Positions 50,567-58,393 of a DNA stretch of 64,000 nt are shown here, one piece after another. The notes beneath the pieces are model-generated. The model made no database searches and was not told where the DNA came from. It saw only the letters and a program-made list of their open reading frames with translations. Source of the stretch: Candidatus Poribacteria bacterium (lineage in GTDB: Bacteria > Poribacteria > WGA-4E > PCPOR2b); assembly GCA_965215015.1 (NCBI GenBank), contig OZ244042.1, forward strand, positions 3,616,001-3,680,000, read 5' to 3'. How positions within the stretch are numbered: the first letter of the stretch is position 1; each line of letters opens with the position of its first letter. A program made the position numbers and the translations under genes.

Positions 50567-51543
50567 TGTCTGAATCAGGATTTTCAGGATGGAAGGATAA
50601 ACAGGATAGAAACGGCAGCATCTAAAATTTCCTGAAAATCATACAATCTGGTAAATCAAGATTCTGACAGTGGCGGGAGATGCCTGAATCAGGATTTTCA
50701 GGCTGGAAGGCTAAACAGGATAGAAACCGCAGCATCTAAAATTTCCTGAAAATCATAGAATCTGGTAAATCAAGATTCTGACAATTTATACGGTCTCCCC
50801 CCTGAAGAAATCGCTATTGTGGAGTGTGCGGAAAATGTCTGAATCAGGATTTTCAGGATGGAAGGATAAACAGGATAGAAACGGCAGCATCTAAAATTTC
50901 CTGCGAATCATAGAATCTGGTGAATCCGGATTTTGACAGCGGCGGCAAATGCCTGAATTAGATAAGGTGGCTATTTGAATCCGTGTGCTGAATCAGGGTT
51001 TTCAGGCTGGAAGGATAAACAGGATAGAAACGGCAGCATCTAAAATTTCCTGAAAATCATAGAATCTGGTAAATCAAGATTCTGACAATTTATACGGTCT
51101 CCCCTCTGAAGAAATCGGTATTGTGGAGTGTGCGGCAAATGTCTGAATCAGGGTTTTCAGGCTGGAAGGATAAACAGGATAGAAACGGCAGCATCAAAAT
51201 TTCCTGAAAATCATACAATCTGGTGAATCCAGATTCTGACAGTGGCGGCAAATGCCTGAATTAGATAAGGTGGTTATGTGAATCCGTGTGCTGAATCAGA
51301 GTTTCGAGGCTGGCTGGCTAAACAGGATAGAAACCGCAGCATCTAAAATTCCTGCGAATCATAGAATCTGGTAAATCAAGATTCTGACAATTTATACGGT
51401 CTCCCCCCTGAAGAAATCGCTATTGTGGAGTGTGCGGAAAATGTCTGAATCATGATTTTCAGGCTGGAAGGATAAACAGGATAGAAACGGGAGCATCTAA
51501 CAATCCTGCGAATCATAAAATCGGGTAAATCCAGATGCTGACA
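50567..51543. repeat. Array of seven ~103-bp imperfect palindromes with two alternating spacers (~303-bp higher-order repeat)
   Basis: Monomers tgtctgaatcaggattttcagg...aatcaagattctgaca at ~50567, 50681, 50836, 50986, 51140, 51289 and 51442. Confidence 0.92.
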
Positions 51544-51606
51544 GCGGCGGATCTGGATCTCTTGGTGAATTTTGATTTCTTAAACATTTGGAAGAAGAGG
51601 TAATAC

Positions 51607-54600
51607 ATGGACAAAATTGCATGGCATGAACATTGTGTATTAAGAGACGATGTTCGTCAAGGTACGCTCACACTTGCAGAGTTTGCGGCAGATCTCTACG
51701 GGGTACGAACAGGTGATGCGCCAAACGTCTATCGCCTGCCCAATCTCTTTTTCTCTCGTACCTACCCAACTGACAACCTCAAAAGACTAGTGCGAGATGT
51801 ATTTCAGCGGTTATCGGGGCACGGTGGGAAGCCCGTAATTCGTGTACAAGTCGCTTATGGCGGCGGGAAAACCCACGCATTGATTGCGTTGTTACATTTG
51901 GCAGAACACGGGGAGGAATTGAAAACCCATTCAACCGTGCAGGAGTTTATGGGATTCAGTGGGGTGGATCCACTGCCACAGGCGCGAGTTGCCCTATTAC
52001 CATTCGACAAATTCGATGTGAGAGCGGGGCTTTCGGTATTCAGTCCCGACGGTAAGCGGCGACAGGTCAAAACGCCGTGGGGTGCGTTGGCATATCAACT
52101 GGCGGGGGATGAAGGATTGGCAAAGATCGCCGAGCATGAAGCCGATTATATCCCGCCCGCTGAACCCCTCCTGGTTGAACTCCTGAAAGTGCCGCAAGCG
52201 GCGGGGTTGTCTACCCTCATTCTGATTGATGAGACCCTCCTGTACATGCGTAATGCGGTTAACGATGATCCAAGGCGGTTGGGCCTCCTTGAAGGTTTTT
52301 TTCAGATGCTCACACAGGCGGTTAGCAGGGTAGAGCGAGCCGCAATTGTTGCCAGTCTCATAACGTCCGATGTCGTGTCGAATGATCCCACCGATGCCCA
52401 AATCTTAAGCGTAGTGGAGAATATCTTCCATCGTGTCGAAGAAACAGCGGAACCGGTATCGCGAGAAGATTTTTCGGAATTATTTCGGCGGCGGTTGTTT
52501 GAATCTGTTGCAGACGATGAAACGCGGCGTGTCGTTTCAGACCGTCTTGCTGAAACGATGCAAAACCTGCCGCTTCGGGATTCACAGAGAGATGGGAATG
52601 CTTACGATCGGCTTCTGAAATCTTATCCATTTCACCCGGATCTGATTGAAATTTTCTATCAGAAATGGACGCAACTAAGTAAATTTCAACGGACGCGCGG
52701 AGTCCTTCGGCTGCTTGCAACCGCCCTGAGAGTATCCGACGGGAAAGACCCCGCTGCATTTGTTGGACCAAGTGCGTTACTTGGAGCGGAAGAAGAACTT
52801 TCAGAAGCGATTCGGGAACTGATTGAAGCGTGTGAAGAGGGCAATCAGTGGACCCCAATTCTCGATGGCGAACTCGAAAAAGCCCGTGATATTCAGAACC
52901 GTTTGCCACGACTCGAGCACCGAGAGATTGAAGCGGCGGTGCTTTCTACCTTTCTGCATTCACAACCGCCCGGGCAGAAAGCAGACCTGACGGATCTCTA
53001 TTCCTTGCTGGCACACCCGGCTATCGACAAGATTTCGCTGGAGGGAGGCCTTTCCGAGTGGCGAAAAGTCTCCTGGTTTCTCAAAGAAGACGAGAGCAGT
53101 TGGAGTCTGGGGACAACGTCCAATCTCACCAGGATGCACGTTCGGGCAATGGGAAGACTGACCGAAGACCAAATTAACGACGATTTGGTGAAGCGAACCA
53201 GAGAGGCCAAACTCGGTCAGAATGGCGATGATGTGTCTGTTCACGCGTTGCCCAATTCACCCGCCGATATTCCCGACAATCCTGATCTCCACTTTGTGAT
53301 TGTGGGCCCCGAATATGCTGCAGTGCCGGGCGATACGGTCCCCGCGTCCCTCAAAGCCTTTTTTGATAGAACCTACCGGAACAACGTTATCATACTCGCT
53401 CCCGAAAGCTCACGACTGACAGGCTTGCGCCATCGAATCCGTAGAATGCTTGGTTGGAGTGCTATCGAAAGCGGCGATGAGATGAGCCTTTTGACCGGAA
53501 CCCAGCAAACCGTGCTGATACAGCGCAAACAGAATGACGAAACCGGGATTGCGGATTCCGTTACCTCGACATATAGCGTGCTGATTGCCGTTGACGAGGC
53601 GGGTGAAATTAAAGCGCATCCGTTGCCCCCGGGGGCAGAGCCACCTTTTGAACGGGTGAAGAATTTTTTGGAAGGCGAAGAAAGAATGCTGACAACTGCG
53701 CTCGATCCAGACCTGCTAACACCAGACAGCTTTTTTGAGTTGTGGGGAGAGGGTGAAACCGCGAAACCTGTTCAAGGGCTGTATGGCATGTTTGCCAGTC
53801 TTCCCCGATTGCCTCGATTATTAGGACAGAAGGTGTTTCTTGAAACGCTTCAGCGCGGCGTTGCCGAAGGACGCATTGTCCTACGCACCATGCGTCCAGA
53901 TGGCTCTCAGCATACACAGTGGCGCGAATCACCCCCTACTAAAGATTTCTCGAACAGAGATTTAGAAATTGTTCCGATTGAGTATGCAGAACTGCACAAT
54001 TTCAATCCTGAGCTACTGTGCCCGGATCGATTACCGAATCTGTGGCAGGGTGAAAATGTTTCGATTACGGTGGGGGCAATTCGGAAATTCTTCGGAGGGG
54101 ACGATATTCCCAAACTCGCGTCTGACGAGATTTTGTTTAGTACAATCAGGGATGCGGTTGAGGCGGGTTTCCTGATGGCACGCCATCAAAACAGGGCCTA
54201 CCTTGAGGAAGCCATTCCTGATGCGGTCCTAAAGGATGATTTGGAATTATTCCGTCCGTCTGCCCGCATTAACGGCTCGGAACTGAGCCAGAACACCCTG
54301 CCTGAAGCGTGGGAGGGGGGCACCTCATCCGTTGGTAAGGTGATGGACGCATTCGCTGCGAATCAAGATATGCCGATTCCGTGGAAGTTGGTTGTTGATG
54401 CTGTTAACGACGGTTTGTCTAAGAATCTCTTTGAAATCGCCAAGGGAAGCCCGGCGTGGCCCTGCAGTGCTGACGGTGCCGATAAGATCGGCTTACAAGT
54501 TTCACAAGTCCCTGTAACGGTGAATCCGAAAGATTTCATAGCGGTGATGCAACAACCCGGACAGTCCACACTCGGTTTAATTAAAGAGGAGCTCGAATCC

Positions 54601-54936
54601 AAGAAAGGGGTATCCATCCCTGATGATATGTTTCGCAATGCTGTTCAAGAAGCGATTGACCAGGAAATAATTACCCTGGTAGATCCCTTAACCAACGACC
54701 TATACCAAATTCGTGTGAATCAGCCATCGTGGCAACGCTACGCTGAATCGCCCCTTACGGAAATCGAAATTCAGGACCTGTCTGGAGTAATCGGTGATTT
54801 GATTGGAGCCGCGCCTGAGCTTGACTTCAAGTTTCGGATCTCGATTACCGCTGAGGGTGAACCCCCATCGACTGAGGTGTTGGAACAGATAAACGAGGCA
54901 CTTCGCAAGGTTACGGATCAACTAAAGTTTGATTAG
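51607..54936 (+). CDS. DUF499-family ATPase
   Basis: EFAADL, FFSRTYPT, YGGGKTH, LIDE, YPFHP, FQRTRGVLR. Confidence 0.9.
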   Translation: MDKIAWHEHCVLRDDVRQGTLTLAEFAADLYGVRTGDAPNVYRLPNLFFSRTYPTDNLKRLVRDVFQRLSGHGGKPVIRVQVAYGGGKTHALIALLHLAEHGEELKTHSTVQEFMGFSGVDPLPQARVALLPFDKFDVRAGLSVFSPDGKRRQVKTPWGALAYQLAGDEGLAKIAEHEADYIPPAEPLLVELLKVPQAAGLSTLILIDETLLYMRNAVNDDPRRLGLLEGFFQMLTQAVSRVERAAIVASLITSDVVSNDPTDAQILSVVENIFHRVEETAEPVSREDFSELFRRRLFESVADDETRRVVSDRLAETMQNLPLRDSQRDGNAYDRLLKSYPFHPDLIEIFYQKWTQLSKFQRTRGVLRLLATALRVSDGKDPAAFVGPSALLGAEEELSEAIRELIEACEEGNQWTPILDGELEKARDIQNRLPRLEHREIEAAVLSTFLHSQPPGQKADLTDLYSLLAHPAIDKISLEGGLSEWRKVSWFLKEDESSWSLGTTSNLTRMHVRAMGRLTEDQINDDLVKRTREAKLGQNGDDVSVHALPNSPADIPDNPDLHFVIVGPEYAAVPGDTVPASLKAFFDRTYRNNVIILAPESSRLTGLRHRIRRMLGWSAIESGDEMSLLTGTQQTVLIQRKQNDETGIADSVTSTYSVLIAVDEAGEIKAHPLPPGAEPPFERVKNFLEGEERMLTTALDPDLLTPDSFFELWGEGETAKPVQGLYGMFASLPRLPRLLGQKVFLETLQRGVAEGRIVLRTMRPDGSQHTQWRESPPTKDFSNRDLEIVPIEYAELHNFNPELLCPDRLPNLWQGENVSITVGAIRKFFGGDDIPKLASDEILFSTIRDAVEAGFLMARHQNRAYLEEAIPDAVLKDDLELFRPSARINGSELSQNTLPEAWEGGTSSVGKVMDAFAANQDMPIPWKLVVDAVNDGLSKNLFEIAKGSPAWPCSADGADKIGLQVSQVPVTVNPKDFIAVMQQPGQSTLGLIKEELESKKGVSIPDDMFRNAVQEAIDQEIITLVDPLTNDLYQIRVNQPSWQRYAESPLTEIEIQDLSGVIGDLIGAAPELDFKFRISITAEGEPPSTEVLEQINEALRKVTDQLKFD

Positions 54937-54995
54937 GAAGCCGCGTTAAGGTTTGCGATACCAATATCCTGTTGTAAATCCTTTGTCCATCCTTT

Positions 54996-55277
54996 TTACT
55001 TTTCGATATGATGGGCTAGATGATCGATGTAGTTCTGGTTGAGCGTATCGAGTCGAGTTTCGATGAGGTTAAATCGGTTGTCTATACGGGTTTCAAGTTC
55101 TGTGAATCGCTTATCGAATCGGACTTCCATTTCTGTGAATCGGTTGTCCATACGGGTTTCAAGTTGCACGAGGCGGTTATTTGTCTGTGTGACGGCAAAG
55201 AGAATATAAACCTGTGCGAATGCAAAGATAGCCACAATCATGGTGATAAGTGCTATCCAGAGATTCTTTTGACTCAT
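54996..55277 (-). CDS. Membrane-anchored hendecad coiled-coil protein, copy 1 (93 aa)
   Basis: GAGGAG RBS, N-terminal TM, four 11-aa repeats, LNQNYIDHLAHHIEK. Confidence 0.8.
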   Translation of the reverse strand: MSQKNLWIALITMIVAIFAFAQVYILFAVTQTNNRLVQLETRMDNRFTEMEVRFDKRFTELETRIDNRFNLIETRLDTLNQNYIDHLAHHIEK

Positions 55278-55545
55278 CTTGTCTCTCCTCGTCCTGTTAG
55301 TTTTTCTGTTATAGAATCTGTCATCTGCTTCAAGGCTTGGGGTGAGTGGCTTCGTTGAGATATTTGTATCTGTCCTGTCCTCGCTTTTTCGCCTGCGTAT
55401 GGCGATTGATTAGGCGGTGCAGATCAAACTTGACACACTCACGAATTATATCTGAGCCCCCCATCCCGAATCGCGCTTTAATCTCAAGGATTTGTCAACG
55501 GTTTGCGATACCAATATCCTGTTGTAAATCCTTTGCCCCTCCTTT

Positions 55546-55848
55546 TTACTTTTCGATATGATGGGCTAGATGATCGATGTAGTTCTGGTTGAGCGTATCG
55601 AGTCGAGTTTCGATGAGGTTAAGTCGCTTGTCTATACGGGCTTCCATTTCTATGAATCGGTTATCCATACGGGTTTCAAGTTCTGCGAATCGCTTGTCTA
55701 TACGGGTCTCAAGTTGCACGAGGCGGTTATTTGTCTGTGTGACGGCGTTATTTGTCTGTGTGACGGCAAAGAGAATATAAACCTGTGCGAATGCAAAGAT
55801 AGCCACAATCACGGTGATAAGTGCTATCCAGAGATTCTTTTGACTCAT
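55546..55848 (-). CDS. Membrane-anchored hendecad coiled-coil protein, copy 2 (100 aa)
   Basis: As copy 1 plus duplicated AVTQTNN; start at MSQKN by homology. Confidence 0.8.
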   Translation of the reverse strand: MSQKNLWIALITVIVAIFAFAQVYILFAVTQTNNAVTQTNNRLVQLETRIDKRFAELETRMDNRFIEMEARIDKRLNLIETRLDTLNQNYIDHLAHHIEK

Positions 55849-56115
55849 TTTGTGTCTCCTCGTCCTGTTAGTTTTTCTGTTATAGAATCTGTCATCTGCT
55901 TCAAGGCTTGGGGTGAGTGGCTTCGTTGAGATATTTGTATCTGTCCTGTCCTCGCTTTTTCGCCTGCGTATGGCGATTGATTGGGCGGTGCAGATCAAAC
56001 TTGACACACTCACGAATTATATCTGAGCCCCCATCCCGAATCGCGCTTTGAGCTCAAGGATTTGTCAAAAGTTTGCGATACCAATATCCTGTTGTAAATC
56101 CTTTGTCCATCCTTT

Positions 56116-56451
56116 TTACTTTTCGATATGATGCGCTAGATGATCGATGTAGTTCTGGTTGAGCGTATCGAGTCGAGTTTCGATGAGGTTAAATCGGTTG
56201 TCTATACGGGTTTCAAGTTCTGCGAATCGGTTGTCTATACGGGTTTCAAGTTCTGCGAATCGCTTGTCCATACGGGTTTCAAGTTCTGTGAATCGGTTGT
56301 CCATACGGGTTTCAAGTTGCACGAGGCGGTTATTTGTCTGTGTGACGGCGTTATTTGTCTGTGTGACGGCAAAGAGAATATAAACCTGTGCGAATGCAAA
56401 GATAGCTACAATCACGGTGATTAGGGCTATCCAGAGATTCTTTTGACTCAT
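56116..56451 (-). CDS. Membrane-anchored hendecad coiled-coil protein, copy 3 (111 aa)
   Basis: Five 11-aa repeats plus duplicated AVTQTNN. Confidence 0.8.
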   Translation of the reverse strand: MSQKNLWIALITVIVAIFAFAQVYILFAVTQTNNAVTQTNNRLVQLETRMDNRFTELETRMDKRFAELETRIDNRFAELETRIDNRFNLIETRLDTLNQNYIDHLAHHIEK

Positions 56452-56620
56452 TTTGTGTCTCCTCGTCCTGTTAGTTTGTCTGTTATAGAATCTGTCCTCC
56501 GCTTCAAGGCTTTCGGTGAGTGGCTTCGTTGAGATATTTGTATCTGTCCTGTCCTCGCTTTTTCGCCTGCGTATGGCGATTGATTAGGCTGTGCAAATCA
56601 AACTTGACACACTCACGAAT

Positions 56621-56869
56621 TTACTTTTCGATATGATGCGCTAGATGATCGATGTAGTTCTGGTTGAGCGTATCGAGTCGAGTTTCGATGAGGTTAAGTC
56701 GGTTGTCTATACGGGCTTCCATTTCTGTGAATCGCTTGTCCATACGGGTTTCAAGTTGCACGAGGCGGTTATTTGTCTGTGTGACGGCAAAGAGAATATA
56801 AACCTGTGCGAATGCAAAGATAGCCACAATCACGGTGATAAGTGCTATCCAGAGATTCTTTTGACTCAT
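56621..56869 (-). CDS. Membrane-anchored hendecad coiled-coil protein, copy 4 (82 aa)
   Basis: Three 11-aa repeats. Confidence 0.8.
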   Translation of the reverse strand: MSQKNLWIALITVIVAIFAFAQVYILFAVTQTNNRLVQLETRMDKRFTEMEARIDNRLNLIETRLDTLNQNYIDHLAHHIEK

Positions 56870-57114
56870 TTTGTGTCTCCTCGTCCTGTTAGTTTGTCTG
56901 TTATAGAATCTGTCCTCCGCTTCAAGGCTTTCGGTGAGTGGCTTCGTTGAGATATTTGTATCTGTCCTGTCCTCACTTTTTCGCCTGCGTATGGCGATTG
57001 ATTAGGCTGTGCAAATCAAACTTGACACACTCACGAATTATATCTGAGCACCCCATCCCGAATCGCGCTTTTAATCTCAAGGATTTGTCAACGGTTTCAG
57101 GCTCAAAAGGGGAT

Positions 57115-57172
57115 TGACAATTAAGCAATTATAACTTATAAGAACTTATAAAAACTTATTATAACTTATAAA
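57115..57172 (+). promoter_or_regulatory. Candidate promoter overlapped by four AACTTAT direct repeats
   Basis: TTGACA-17 nt-TATAAG; aacttata ag aacttata a aacttatt at aacttata. Confidence 0.45.
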
Positions 57173-57462
57173 CAGGAGTCGTGCAACATAAACTGATGAT
57201 ATTTCTGCTTGCACAGGCTCGCTTTCTGTGTCATAATATATTTCGTTAATCCTGTAATTAATTTCTGCCAAAAGTGTGCGAAAAATGTCATTAAGCCTCA
57301 GGCTAGTTGCCAAGTCAACCTCGTCGAGGAATATTCTTAAGTAATCCCCGACCTCCACAGCGGCAGACCGCACCGTACTTACCGAACCGCAAAATAAAAA
57401 CCGAGAAAGGTAAACTCAACGGTTGCCCCTACGTTTTATTCATTAATGGAGAAAAGTATACT

Positions 57463-58362
57463 ATGAAAGTTCTCATTAGTGGCTCAACGGGCCTCATTGG
57501 ATCTGCCCTGGTCACTCTGCTCACCGATGCGGGACATGAGGTCATCCGATTGGTCAGACATAGATCGAGAGCGGATGGATCGGCGGTCCACTGGGACCCG
57601 GATTCAGGGCATATTGATACCATCGATCTCGAAGGGATGGATGCAGTGGTACATCTCGCCGGGGAGAACATCGGTGCAGGCAGATGGACTCGTGATAAAA
57701 AAGCGCGGATTTTCGACAGCCGAGTCAAAGGCACCCGGTTGCTCTGCGAATCCCTCGCCAATCTCACCTCCCCCCCAAAAGTGCTGGTATGTGCATCAGC
57801 TATCGGCTACTACGGCGATCGGGACGCAGAGCCCCTTAATGAGGGAAGTATATCGGGATTCGGTTTCCTAGCAGAGGTGTGCGTAGAGTGGGAAGTTGCC
57901 ACCGAACCTGTCGCTGAAACGGAAATTCGTGTTGTGAATCTCCGGACGGGCATCGTACTGAGTCAGGCAGGTGGACCATTGGAAAAGATGCTGCCCCCCT
58001 TCAAAATGGGAGTCGGCGGAGTATTGGGTAATGGACAGCAATATATGAGCTGGATAGCGTTGGAGGACGCAGTCGGTGCTATCCATCACGCGCTGATCAC
58101 GGATAGCTTGCACGGCCCGGTGAACAATGTAGCTCCCCACCCGGTAACCAACCGTGAATTTACGAAAACCTTGGGACGCGTTTTGAGGCGGCCGACTCTG
58201 TTTCCGCTGCCGAATTTTGGGCTTCGCCTCATGTTCGGTGGGGAAATGGCGAATGAACTCTTTCTTTCGAGCACCCGTGTCGAACCCGTCCGCCTCTTGG
58301 AAACCGGCTATACGTTTCAGTATCCTGACCTTGAGGGTGCATTGCGGCGCGCCCTAGACTGA
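57463..58362 (+). CDS. TIGR01777-type NAD-dependent epimerase family protein
   Basis: ISGSTGLIG, HLAGENI, SAIGYYG, GFLAEVCVEWE. Confidence 0.9.
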   Translation: MKVLISGSTGLIGSALVTLLTDAGHEVIRLVRHRSRADGSAVHWDPDSGHIDTIDLEGMDAVVHLAGENIGAGRWTRDKKARIFDSRVKGTRLLCESLANLTSPPKVLVCASAIGYYGDRDAEPLNEGSISGFGFLAEVCVEWEVATEPVAETEIRVVNLRTGIVLSQAGGPLEKMLPPFKMGVGGVLGNGQQYMSWIALEDAVGAIHHALITDSLHGPVNNVAPHPVTNREFTKTLGRVLRRPTLFPLPNFGLRLMFGGEMANELFLSSTRVEPVRLLETGYTFQYPDLEGALRRALD

Positions 58363-58393
58363 CCCACAGCGTGTGAAGGAGCGTAATTCGAGG

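Larger units (their letters stand above)
54951..57096. repeat. Four tandem long direct repeats (~54951-55500, 55501-56070, 56071-56620, 56621-57096)
   Basis: Near-identical leader, ORF and trailer in each unit; the unit 3/4 junction lacks ~100 bp. Confidence 0.95.

Noticed and set aside
50567-51543. CRISPR array
   Set aside because: Repeats are ~103 bp and degenerate, the spacers themselves recur (A-B-A-B-A), and no cas genes are in the window.
46096-51543. Retron (PtuA plus structured ncRNA)
   Set aside because: No reverse transcriptase (YADD-type motif) found in the window.
55849-56013. 55-aa N-terminal extension of coiled-coil copy 2 (155-aa ORF)
   Set aside because: Open only because of a TAA>CAA change in this copy; the other three leaders have the stop, and the RBS precedes MSQKN.
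55020-56950. Plus-strand ORFs (MIDVVLVERIE...) repeated in each unit
   Set aside because: Antisense shadows of the coiled-coil genes, with no RBS and variable ends.
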